NCBI GenBank assembly: GCA_964577695.1
Contig: CAZOAL010000046.1
Coordinates: forward strand, 39,904-63,903
DNA: 24,000 nt
From: an uncultured bacterium
Lineage (GTDB): Bacteria > Poribacteria > WGA-4E > PCPOR2b
Direction: 5' to 3'
How positions within the stretch are numbered: position 1 is the first letter of the stretch; each line of letters opens with the position of its first letter. A program made the translations under genes and the position numbers. Shown here piece after piece: positions 15,940 through 24,000 of this stretch. Below the pieces are notes generated by a model. That model was given only the letters and a program-made list of their open reading frames with translations, did no database searches and was not told the origin of the DNA.

Positions 15940-18669
15940 CTAACGTCGTCGATTGACAAGATTCAGGGGGAGCAGCATGAGAATACAGAATGGAAGAATC
16001 CACTCCCACTCTGCTATCAGCGGGTCAACCCCTAAAATCTGCTGCGTGGCTGGGAGATAAATAACGAGTAGATGCCCCCCCGCGCACGCGAAAATCGTGA
16101 TGAATAAGGGAATATTCGCCCTGATCCTTTGGAAGAGCGATTCCCATGGATGGCGATGGCATTGAAAACTTGAAAACAATTGCGTGAAAATCAATGTGGT
16201 CAATGCAGCCGTTTGGGCTTGGCGTTTTGCCTCCTCCGTCATGGGGCCAAAAGCCTGAAGGGTCACGACAAAGCTAACAATTGTCATCAACGCGATGACC
16301 AGGCTGCGCAATAGCACATCAAGATGGTAGGCTTTAGATAAGAACGGGTGAACTTTTTGAGGCGTGTTGTCTTGTAGATTCCCTCGAATTCGATCTTGTC
16401 CAAGCGCAATCAACGGAATCAAATTAACAATGGTGTGGACCCACAAGATTTGATACAAGGTCAACGGCATTGGAAATTGATACAGTAGATGAAGCCCAAA
16501 TCCGATGAGAAGCGTGAGCATTTGTGCAAGGTTGCAAGAGAGTAGCCAACGCATCGCGTTTCTCAAGTTGCTATACGATTCCCGCGCATGGAGCAACGCA
16601 TCCACAATGACCTGAAAACCGTCTTTGAGTACCAGACAGCCTGCATTCCGTTGAACAATATGGGATGAACGGAATACAGAAGCGAAACTCACATCGGCGG
16701 CGCGCATCGCTCGTAAGTCCTTTGGCGATTTTCCACAAAAACCGATGGATAGTCCGTAACGTTTCAGGGATTGAACCAGATTCAGTTTATGCTCTGGAGA
16801 GGGACGGGAATAGACCCGTAAGCGCTCCACGATTGAATCGTAATGTTCGGCGATAAATCCATCCAGGTCTTCTTTTGTAGCAACTGCGTTTTTATCCTGA
16901 ATGAGCCCCAGTTCCTGTGCGATGTCTGAAGCCATATCCCGGTCCTTGTTTGTCATCATGATAATTTTAAGCCCGGCATCTAAACCCGATTGAATCACCT
17001 CCTTTGAGTCAGTATATGGGAGCTGCATAAATGCAACTAAACCTAAAAAAGTCAGGTTCTTTCCCATCTCCTCCTGAGATGGGGGCACCAGTCGATTTTG
17101 ATAAGAAAGCCCGTAGACCTGAGTTTTTTGGGAGGATAGATATTGAATCACTTGTTGCGTCAATTGCTTGTGATCAAAGGTCATGTCGCCAATGGTTCCA
17201 TGCAGTTGAATCCGTTGGCACGTTTTCAACACGGCTTCTGCATCACCAAAGATGAGATGCAAAAACTTATTCTGTGAGGTTGCAAAGACGAGGGTTTTGT
17301 ATGGGCGTTCAGGGGTCTGAGGCAGTTCATCCACTTTAGAGAAGGTTGAGTCATATTGCGCCAAATCAAAACCAATGTGTTCAGCAATTTGGTTCAGCAC
17401 ATCATCCCTACTCGCTTCGGCCAAATTTCTTGGCATATTTCGCCCCGCAGCGGTACAACGGCTCGCAAGCAACATCAACGATGGAAATCCTGGCGGAATC
17501 TGCGCATCCAGTGGTGTTGCCGGAATTGAATCTCCTTCTGTTTCTTCATCTGCTGCCGCCTCATCACGGGCTTTCAGCCACGCTTCCCATGTTTCCCGCT
17601 GCAGAAGTTGTTCATCAACGAAGACATGAGAAGCGATCACCTCCTCTTGGGTGAACTTTCCGATCTCATCGACGCAAACACCGGTGACACTGCTCAATCG
17701 TTCCAAACTGACCCGATGTCCACAAGTCGCAACGCCTTTTCCGAATAGCTTGTGGGCATGGTTAGCAAGGGTGGCTTGGGTGGTTGAAACCAGGCCTTCG
17801 GGAATGGAAGCAATCACGAAACTCAAGCCGACGAAAAGAAGTTCAACCCAAACCTCCTGAAGGTCTTTGCCTTGAAACCTCCATTCTGTGACGAACGCAA
17901 GCCCTCCCAAGATTAAACCTGCAATCTTAAAATAGTCATAAAGGGCCCCCATCTGCATCTCCGCTTCTGGCTCTAAATCGAGCGTCGCCGGCACCTTTCG
18001 ATTGGGGTTGTTAATCTCTAATCGTCTGCCTGTTCCGACAACAATTGCCCGCCCACTCCCTTCCAGAATATATGTTCCAGCGAAAACCATGTTCCTCTGT
18101 TTTTCAGTGAGCAAACCGGGTTCGGTGATGTCTTCTGCGGTCTTTTGAACGGGCGCGGACGTTCCGAATAGCGGGGTCTCATCAACGACCAGCGAGTGAG
18201 CATCAACGATTCGGGCGTCAGCGGGGATATAATCCCCCTCATTCAATAGCAGCACATCCCCCGGCACAATCGCTGTGGGGGGGACCTTCACGATCGCGCC
18301 CTCCCGAATGATTGAGCTACTTACCTCTAAATGACGCTGAAGGGTTTGAAGCTTATCGTGTGTCTTGGCATCCTGGATGAATCGCCAAAACAGATGAAAA
18401 CAAAGAATGGAAAAGGGCACCCACGCTTTGTCAATCGCACCCAGAGGATATACAATCGCGATAATGATAACAACCAAAGCAATAACCGTGATACTGAAAA
18501 ATTGCTTCAGGAAGATGAACCAAAGGGATTTTTTACGAGCGGGTCGAATCTCGTTGCTGCCATGTTTTTCCTGTTGGGCATTCGCGTCTTCAGTGCTGAG
18601 TCCACGCTCAAGGTCTGTTTTGAATTCATGCAACAGATGGGGAATTTTACGAGTATACCAATCTAACAT
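15940..18669 (-). CDS. P-type ATPase-fold membrane protein with non-canonical (likely inactive) catalytic motifs
   Basis: About 909 aa from ATG at 18669, full P-type architecture (N-terminal cation_ATPase_N-like, VPGDVLLLNEGDYIPADARIV, SIPEGLVSTTQATL, VYSRPSPEHKLNLVQSLK, C-terminal transmembrane bundle). DKTGT, TGES, KGAPE, TGD and GDGxNDxP are all altered. Confidence 0.85.
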   Translation of the reverse strand: MLDWYTRKIPHLLHEFKTDLERGLSTEDANAQQEKHGSNEIRPARKKSLWFIFLKQFFSITVIALVVIIIAIVYPLGAIDKAWVPFSILCFHLFWRFIQDAKTHDKLQTLQRHLEVSSSIIREGAIVKVPPTAIVPGDVLLLNEGDYIPADARIVDAHSLVVDETPLFGTSAPVQKTAEDITEPGLLTEKQRNMVFAGTYILEGSGRAIVVGTGRRLEINNPNRKVPATLDLEPEAEMQMGALYDYFKIAGLILGGLAFVTEWRFQGKDLQEVWVELLFVGLSFVIASIPEGLVSTTQATLANHAHKLFGKGVATCGHRVSLERLSSVTGVCVDEIGKFTQEEVIASHVFVDEQLLQRETWEAWLKARDEAAADEETEGDSIPATPLDAQIPPGFPSLMLLASRCTAAGRNMPRNLAEASRDDVLNQIAEHIGFDLAQYDSTFSKVDELPQTPERPYKTLVFATSQNKFLHLIFGDAEAVLKTCQRIQLHGTIGDMTFDHKQLTQQVIQYLSSQKTQVYGLSYQNRLVPPSQEEMGKNLTFLGLVAFMQLPYTDSKEVIQSGLDAGLKIIMMTNKDRDMASDIAQELGLIQDKNAVATKEDLDGFIAEHYDSIVERLRVYSRPSPEHKLNLVQSLKRYGLSIGFCGKSPKDLRAMRAADVSFASVFRSSHIVQRNAGCLVLKDGFQVIVDALLHARESYSNLRNAMRWLLSCNLAQMLTLLIGFGLHLLYQFPMPLTLYQILWVHTIVNLIPLIALGQDRIRGNLQDNTPQKVHPFLSKAYHLDVLLRSLVIALMTIVSFVVTLQAFGPMTEEAKRQAQTAALTTLIFTQLFSSFQCHRHPWESLFQRIRANIPLFITIFACAGGHLLVIYLPATQQILGVDPLIAEWEWILPFCILMLLPLNLVNRRR

Positions 18670-18689
18670 GCTTATTTGAAGAATAGGGT

Positions 18690-18775
18690 GGGGGGGCGAG
18701 TGTGTGAGGGGGCGAGTGTGTGAGGGAGCGAGTGCTTGTTTCCACGCCCCCACGCCTCCACGCCCCCACGCTCAT
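18690..18775. repeat. Low-complexity tandem repeats
   Basis: About 3 imperfect units of 16 bp 'GAGGGGGCGAGTGTGT', followed by CACGCCCC/CACGCCTC-type repeats. Confidence 0.8.
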
Positions 18776-19683
18776 TCACTGGTTCGCACAGTTGCGCCGG
18801 TAGAATCGATAGATAAAACCTTAACGTCGCAAGAAATCTGGTGCCGAGCAAATGCACCACGCATCTGAACTGCGACCTCCTGCGTTGATGTTATGCAATA
18901 GGCGGCAATGCTTGGGCCTGCGCCACTTAATGCGACACTTAATGCACCAGCATCCATCGCCGCTTCAGCCACTTCATTGAATCCCGGAATCAAGGGGGCG
19001 CGATAGGGTTGGTGCAATCGATCGCCCATCGCGAAAGATAGAATGTCTAAATTGCCGGTTGCGATTGCGGCAACCAGTAACGAACTTCGGCTCACGTTAT
19101 AGATGGCGTCAGCAAATTGAACCGTTTGCGGTAGTACACTCCGCGCTTGTTTGGTTGATAATGGAAAGTCCGGAATTGCTACGACAACGCGAAGTTTGGG
19201 GCCACAATCCAACTTGATGGTATGGACATGATTCCCCTGCATCGCCGATACGACGAGGCCCCCTAACAGCGAAGCCGCCACATTATCGGGGTGTCCATCT
19301 AGCTCTGTCGCAAAATCGAGTAATTCCGAGCGCGAGAATGGTTCACCGCACAGGGCATTCGCGGTCAGCAAGCCACCAAGGATCGCCGTGCCACTGCCCC
19401 CCAACCCCCGAATCGCCGGAATCCCATTGGTCAAAGTCAACCTGAGCCCTTTGGGTTGATAGCCACTTCGCTCGAAAACCAAATTGGCAGATTGGTAGGC
19501 AATATTATCGGTATCGCTTGAAATTTTATCCGAATCGACGCCACGGACGACAACCTCAACCCCGTTGTCAACCTCTTCTAACTCGACCGTGCTGTAAAGT
19601 TGGAGGGCGAGCCCGAGGACATCGAAACCGGGGCCTAAATTGGTTGTGCTCGCGGGAATGCGAGCGGTTGCTTTGTGGGGCAT
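18772..19683 (-). CDS. thrB: Homoserine kinase
   Basis: GHMP kinase: ARIPASTTNLGPGFDVLGLAL, PAIRGLGGSGTAILGGLLTANAL, ELDGHPDNVAASLLGGLVV, C-terminal ALSVALSGAGPSIAAYC. Confidence 0.9.
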   Translation of the reverse strand: MPHKATARIPASTTNLGPGFDVLGLALQLYSTVELEEVDNGVEVVVRGVDSDKISSDTDNIAYQSANLVFERSGYQPKGLRLTLTNGIPAIRGLGGSGTAILGGLLTANALCGEPFSRSELLDFATELDGHPDNVAASLLGGLVVSAMQGNHVHTIKLDCGPKLRVVVAIPDFPLSTKQARSVLPQTVQFADAIYNVSRSSLLVAAIATGNLDILSFAMGDRLHQPYRAPLIPGFNEVAEAAMDAGALSVALSGAGPSIAAYCITSTQEVAVQMRGAFARHQISCDVKVLSIDSTGATVRTSE

Positions 19684-19791
19684 ATATTTACCGACTCTCT
19701 AGCAAACTGGACCACCGCGGCCGGTGGTTGGAATAAACGTTGATTAGATGAATTAAGCGAGCATGGTTAGGGAAACGAGTTGTAACATGGC

Positions 19792-20139
19792 TCACAATCC
19801 TAAAGTATGGCGTAGCGCGGCGTCCACATCCGTCATATCAGGAAGTGTGCCGATGACTGAATCAATCGCCTTCTCCAACACAGTCGCCAAATTGTCCGTC
19901 ATGATAACCGAATCCATAGCCAAACCCGACACGACACCAGCAGGCGACGATAGTGGCACGAACACACGGCTGGGATGTCCCAGGCGTGACGAGTTGCTGG
20001 TAATCATTGCCAGCACAACCTGCGGGATTCCAGTCCCCAGATTGTCGGCTTGCACCACCAATGCGGGACGCCGCTGAAACGTTTGCAGGTCGCTATGAGG
20101 AAACCAGACCAGCACAACGTTGCCGCGCTTATAGGGCAT
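19792..20139 (-). CDS. MazF/PemK-family toxin-like protein
   Basis: MPYKRGNVVLVWFPHSDLQTFQRRPALVVQADNLGTG..VVLAMITSN...SVIMTDNLATV, PemK/MazF-like. Confidence 0.8.
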   Translation of the reverse strand: MPYKRGNVVLVWFPHSDLQTFQRRPALVVQADNLGTGIPQVVLAMITSNSSRLGHPSRVFVPLSSPAGVVSGLAMDSVIMTDNLATVLEKAIDSVIGTLPDMTDVDAALRHTLGL

Positions 20140-20356
20140 CGTACCCCTCCATACCAGGCGCGTTCCAGTCCTCTTCCCATGCTGCTAACTTTCCGCGTAA
20201 CTCGGCAATCTCCGCTGGTGTGAACAACGGCGGACGGCCCTTTATGCCTACCTTCGGCAGAAACGTCACAATCACTCGCGCTTCTTCAACGTCTTCAGGC
20301 ATTTCCAACAATTCCACCTTACCGTCTTGATAAATGCCTTCCACAGACTTCAGCAT
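20129..20356 (-). CDS. AF2212-like (DUF104-type) antitoxin
   Basis: MLKSVEGIYQDGKVELLEMPEDVEEARVIVTFLPK, characteristic 'V.GIYQDGKVELLE.P....ea.VIVTF'. Overlaps the MazF-like ORF by 11 nt. Confidence 0.75.
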   Translation of the reverse strand: MLKSVEGIYQDGKVELLEMPEDVEEARVIVTFLPKVGIKGRPPLFTPAEIAELRGKLAAWEEDWNAPGMEGYDAL

Positions 20357-20384
20357 TGTCGTCCCTCCACTTTATCAGAGACAC

Positions 20385-21551
20385 TTACCGAATCTTTGCA
20401 ATCGCGGCCTCCATACGGGCTAAGGCTTCACGGATATTCTCCAACGAGTTTGCATAAGATAGCCTTAAATATCCATCCCCGAATTTGCCGAAGGCGGTGC
20501 CAGGCAACACGGCAACCCCCGCATCGTCAAGTAGATAGTCTGCTAACTTCTGACAGGAGAGGGGCAGTTTCGTGACATTCGGAAACACATAGAAAGAACC
20601 AAGCGGTTTGATGCAACTCACACCCTCAATTGCATTCAGACCATCAACGATGGCGTCGCGTCGCTTTTTGAATTCAGCCACCATCTGGACGACGAAATCT
20701 TGCGGCCCCTTCAGGGCTTCAATCCCGGCAATCTGAGTAAACGAGGCGGTGCATGAGTTGGAATTGATCATCAACTGAGTAATCTTATCCGCCATCGGTT
20801 TGGGAGCGATTCCGTAGCCGAGCCGCCAACCGGTCATCGCATACGTTTTGGAGTGACCTTCAATCAGGATAGTCCGCTCCTTCATCCCGGGGAAACCGAT
20901 AATGCTGTCATGGGTTCCCTCGTAAAGGATGCGCGAATAGACCTCATCCGTCAACACATAAAAATTGTGTTTAATTGCAAGGTCGGCAATCGCTTCTAAA
21001 TCCGCTCTTTCCAGCGTGCCGCCTGTCGGATTTTGAGGGGAGTTGATAATCAAGAGCCGCGTCCGGTCCGAAATCGCTGAAACGAGGTCGTCAATCCGAA
21101 AGCGGAAGCCAACTTCCTCGCGCAGGGGGAGAGGCACCGATTTCCCGCTAACGAAGTCAATGAGCGATTCATAAATCGGAAACCCCGGGTCAGGGTAGAT
21201 GACTTCGTCCCCCTCATCAATCAGCGCCAAAATGGTGAAGAAGATAATCGGTTTCGCACCGGGGGTAACGGCGACCTCGTCTGGGTGAATATCGACGCCC
21301 CTTGTTTCTGAAATATATTCAGCAACGACTTCACGAAATTCGAGCAATCCGGCGGAGGGACCGTATCCGGTGTATCCATCCTGCATGGCCTTAAACGCCG
21401 CTTCGCAAATATTTAACGGTGTTTTGAAATCGGGCTGACCAATTTCAAGGTGGATAATACTTTTGCCCTGTGCCTCTAAGCCTTTTGCTTTTGCCAATAC
21501 CTCGAAAGCGGATTCAGTCCCCAAACGGTTCATGCGTTCTGCAAAATTCAT
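20385..21551 (-). CDS. Class I/II pyridoxal-phosphate aminotransferase (aspartate aminotransferase-like)
   Basis: GYGPSAGLLEFREVVAEYI, LLIINSPQNPTGG, ILIEGHSKTYAMTGWRLGYG. GGAGGTG SD upstream of ATG. Confidence 0.9.
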   Translation of the reverse strand: MNFAERMNRLGTESAFEVLAKAKGLEAQGKSIIHLEIGQPDFKTPLNICEAAFKAMQDGYTGYGPSAGLLEFREVVAEYISETRGVDIHPDEVAVTPGAKPIIFFTILALIDEGDEVIYPDPGFPIYESLIDFVSGKSVPLPLREEVGFRFRIDDLVSAISDRTRLLIINSPQNPTGGTLERADLEAIADLAIKHNFYVLTDEVYSRILYEGTHDSIIGFPGMKERTILIEGHSKTYAMTGWRLGYGIAPKPMADKITQLMINSNSCTASFTQIAGIEALKGPQDFVVQMVAEFKKRRDAIVDGLNAIEGVSCIKPLGSFYVFPNVTKLPLSCQKLADYLLDDAGVAVLPGTAFGKFGDGYLRLSYANSLENIREALARMEAAIAKIR

Positions 21552-21582
21552 TTACACCTCCATAAAGACAAACGGAAAGAGA

Positions 21583-21754
21583 AAACCGAGTTTTTCAGAA
21601 AAACTCGGTTTCTAAATGATGAGCGAAGGGCAGACCCAGACTTCCGAAGTTTCAACACACCGGTTGCGCCGAGATGATACACCCCCGTGAGAAAATTGAA
21701 AAAGCACAGGTTGGGTATCAAACTTCGGAAGTCTCAGTGAAAAACTCGGTTTCT
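21583..21754. repeat. Composite inverted-repeat element including a terminator-like hairpin
   Basis: AAACCGAGTTTTT-CAG-AAAAACTCGGTTT (21583-21611). AGACTTCCGAAGTTT (21638-21652) pairs with AAACTTCGGAAGTCT (21720-21734). AAAAACTCGGTTTCT recurs at 21740-21754. Confidence 0.75.
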
Positions 21755-21776
21755 AGCCCTTCAAAAAGATGAACCC

Positions 21777-22814
21777 CTACTTTGAATACGACAGCACGAC
21801 GCCATTTCCACCCGTCGCCCAAACGTGGTCTGCATCCATCGCAAAAATATCGGAAATGGGCAGTTTGTTGACCTCCTTGCTGAGGTTTTGATTTTCCCAT
21901 GTATTCCCGCCATCTGTTGTATAGATGACAGCACTGACCCCCAGAGCACCACCCACTGCCCAGCCTATATTCTTGTTGACAAAACGGATGCTCAACAGAT
22001 TTTCCTCCGTACCACTTGTTTGGATCTTCCACTTATTCCCACCATCCGTGGTGTAAAGAATAACGCCGTTCTCGCCGACCACCCAGCCTGTTGAGGCATC
22101 AATAAAGAAAACATTTTTGAGGATATCTTCAACACCTGTAGGTTGATCGACCCACGTTTTTCCACCATCGGAGGTCTTTTCAATGATTCCGTTTTGACCT
22201 CCTGTCGATGGACTCAGCTTAACCCCTGTCGTCCAACCCGTTGATTCATCAACAAAGTAGATACCGTTGAAAACAATCGTGTCTGAATCACCAATTCCAG
22301 CACCAGCTTGACCGCCGCGAATGACCTGCCATGTTTTGCCACCCGTTTTGGTCTGTAAAATCGTTTCACTCATCCCGGCCGCATAACCGACTTTCGCATT
22401 AACAAAGTGAAGCCCGTAAAGCCAGTTATCCATCTTACTCGTTTGGATTTGCCAGCTTTTGCCGCCATCGGTTGTCCCAACAATCAAGCCACCTTCGCCA
22501 ACTGTCCACCCATTTTTCGCATCAGCAAAGTAAACACGGGACAGGATTTTAGGGAGAGCAATTTCCGCTTTCTCCCATGTTTTTCCACCATCTTTGGTGT
22601 GACCGATAAATCCCGGTTCCTCCATCTCCATCGCCGAGACCCCAACGACCCAACCTTCCTTTGGACTAATGAAAGTAATTCCGTTATAATCCCGAATCTC
22701 TGGGTCCTGCTTTTGTAAAATGTTCCACGTTCCCCCGGCATAGAGCATGCTTGTCATAATGCACACAGCCGCGAGTATCATCCCGCCCGTCAGGGCTAAT
22801 CTTTTTTTCAGCAT
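21777..22814 (-). CDS. Ycf48/Hcf136-like BNR-repeat protein (exported)
   Basis: Signal/TM LALTGGMILAAVCIMTSMLYA and repeats 'GITFISPKEGWVVGV...GKTWEKAE', 'DGGKTWVDQP', 'FFIDASTGWVVGENGVILYTTDGGNKWKIQ'. Confidence 0.8.
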   Translation of the reverse strand: MLKKRLALTGGMILAAVCIMTSMLYAGGTWNILQKQDPEIRDYNGITFISPKEGWVVGVSAMEMEEPGFIGHTKDGGKTWEKAEIALPKILSRVYFADAKNGWTVGEGGLIVGTTDGGKSWQIQTSKMDNWLYGLHFVNAKVGYAAGMSETILQTKTGGKTWQVIRGGQAGAGIGDSDTIVFNGIYFVDESTGWTTGVKLSPSTGGQNGIIEKTSDGGKTWVDQPTGVEDILKNVFFIDASTGWVVGENGVILYTTDGGNKWKIQTSGTEENLLSIRFVNKNIGWAVGGALGVSAVIYTTDGGNTWENQNLSKEVNKLPISDIFAMDADHVWATGGNGVVLSYSK

Positions 22815-22892
22815 AGGTTTTGTGTCTCCTTTCATGATTTTCATTTAGTATAGCACCCATCACAAACGCTGTCAAGCACAAACACAACGCGA

Positions 22893-22920
22893 ACAATTGA
22901 CAATTGACAATTGACAATTG
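22893..22920. repeat. Heptanucleotide tandem repeat (ACAATTG x4)
   Basis: Read directly: ACAATTGACAATTGACAATTGACAATTG. Confidence 0.95.
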
Positions 22921-23003
22921 TCGATTCTGTTTGCAGCGCCCTCCCTCTCTGGACAATCGTCCCGATGTTCTCAAACATTGAGTGATGGCGCACATCCCCT
23001 GTT

Positions 23004-23315
23004 TTACCTGGCAATAATCACCGCGTATCGGAGTGGCGTATCTCCAACATTACGAATACCGTGCAGCACGCGGCAGTCAACATGGATGGCCTGGTTCTCT
23101 GCGAGTTGATGGGTTTCCTCGCCATACATTACTTCGCCCTCACCCGAAAAGACATAGAAAATCTCCTGTCCATCGTGTTGATGAGGGGCATGCGCCCGCG
23201 TGCCGGCGGCGACTTCGGAAATGTGCAAATGTAGCTTATCCGCGTCAGCTCCCGTTTCAAAGATAAACCGATCAATCCCTTTGATGTCTGTACGAATTTC
23301 AGCGTTCATCGTCAT
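23004..23315 (-). CDS. Cupin-domain protein
   Basis: HISEVAAGTRAHAPHQHDGQEIFYVFSGEGEVMYGEETHQLAENQAIHVDCRVLHGIRNVGDTPLRYAVI matches cupin motifs 1 and 2. Confidence 0.85.
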   Translation of the reverse strand: MTMNAEIRTDIKGIDRFIFETGADADKLHLHISEVAAGTRAHAPHQHDGQEIFYVFSGEGEVMYGEETHQLAENQAIHVDCRVLHGIRNVGDTPLRYAVIIAR

Positions 23316-23374
23316 AACCTCGTTTGATCATACTCAGTAGTCCGCAAAAGTGAACATGAACGTCAGATTTCGGA

Positions 23375-24000
23375 CTACTGATACTCAAGAATAATCTTGA
23401 TTGCCTTATCTTTTTTATGTAATGACAACTCGAACCCACGTTGCACCTCAGTAAACGGCAAATGGTGAGTGATGATAGGTGAAACATCAATCCGTCCTTG
23501 CGAAATCATATCCATCGCCAGTGGGAAATCGTTTTGGACATCCGGCCCAACCGACCCAATGAAGTGAATATTTTTTCTGAAAAAGTCGCCAAAATGGAAG
23601 TTATAGACGGGTTCATCAGGTACACCAAATGCAAGGATTGTCCCGCCGCGCTTGACCAGATTTAGACATTGATTGATTGTCTCCGTTTGGTGTCCTACCA
23701 TTTCAACAACCACATCCGCCATCCGACCCTTCGTAATCTCCTGAACCACAGCGACCACATTCACTTCAGCGGCGTTAATGGTATGCGTTGCCCGCATCTG
23801 CTCTGAGACTGCTAAACGATAATCGAGCAGATCAGTGGCAATGATTGTTTTGGCACCAAGATTACTCAACGTATGTGTCATGAGCAATCCCATCGGTCCC
23901 TGACCAACAACCACTGTATCCTGATTCAGCAAGTTACCTAACTTGCGGCATGCCCAGATAACCGTGCCAAGGGGTTGAGACATCAGGATGCAGTCTTTGC
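23375..24000 (-). CDS. Zinc-type alcohol dehydrogenase-family protein, truncated by window edge
   Basis: VVVGQGPMGLLMTHTLSNLGAKTIIATDLLDYRLAVSEQMRATHTIN Rossmann motif, VKRGGTILAFGVPDEP. Frame remains open to 24000. Confidence 0.85.
   Translation of the reverse strand, partial: KDCILMSQPLGTVIWACRKLGNLLNQDTVVVGQGPMGLLMTHTLSNLGAKTIIATDLLDYRLAVSEQMRATHTINAAEVNVVAVVQEITKGRMADVVVEMVGHQTETINQCLNLVKRGGTILAFGVPDEPVYNFHFGDFFRKNIHFIGSVGPDVQNDFPLAMDMISQGRIDVSPIITHHLPFTEVQRGFELSLHKKDKAIKIILEYQ

Noticed and set aside
18670-18753. Longer N-terminus of the P-type ATPase (MGAWKQALAPSHTRPLTHSPPHPILQIS)
   Set aside because: This extension is the translation of the low-complexity repeat. Start at 18669 (MLDWYTRKIPHLLHEFKTDLERGLS) matches P-type N-terminal domain onset.
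22684-22995. 103-aa minus-strand ORF (...RQLSIVNCQLFALC...)
   Set aside because: Translates the ACAATTG heptamer array and overlaps the Ycf48-like gene. It has no protein features.
1-24000. CRISPR array, tRNA/rRNA genes or prophage/IS transposase
   Set aside because: Scanned by eye. No regularly spaced 25-40 nt direct repeats with unique spacers, no tRNA-like GTTCRANNC/cloverleaf context and no transposase/integrase-like ORF were recognisable.

Overview
This looks like a bacterial chromosomal window with mostly ordinary coding content and several degraded or mobile-looking patches. The repeated motif 'NFPNPFNPETWIPF' plus a FlgD-like tail resembles Candidatus Poribacteria or related uncultured bacteria (inference only). 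From left to right it contains: a frameshifted RelE/ParE-like toxin overlapping a Phd-like antitoxin, followed by an attC-like inverted structure and small membrane-protein ORFs; an Npt1/Npt2-type (NTT-like) transporter; a DUF433 + DUF5615 pair; a secreted YWTD-repeat beta-propeller protein; a recQ / small wHTH-like ORF / small membrane ORF operon with a partial degenerate copy next to it; a secreted ankyrin + serine-beta-lactamase-like hydrolase with duplicated C-terminal domains; a lone AmmeMemoRadiSam radical SAM enzyme; a DUF2283 + nuclease-like pair; an ECF sigma fragment abutting a Kelch fragment; an intact P-type ATPase ORF whose catalytic signature motifs are nearly all altered; thrB; a MazF/PemK-type pair; a PLP aminotransferase; a Ycf48-like BNR protein; a cupin; and a truncated zinc-type dehydrogenase. 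No complete, clearly novel multigene system is evident. The best leads are the pseudoenzyme-like P-type ATPase (15940-18669) and the recQ 3' duplication (7057-7320 vs 7673-8229), which differs by a 293-bp ORF-bearing segment bounded by 8-bp direct repeats.
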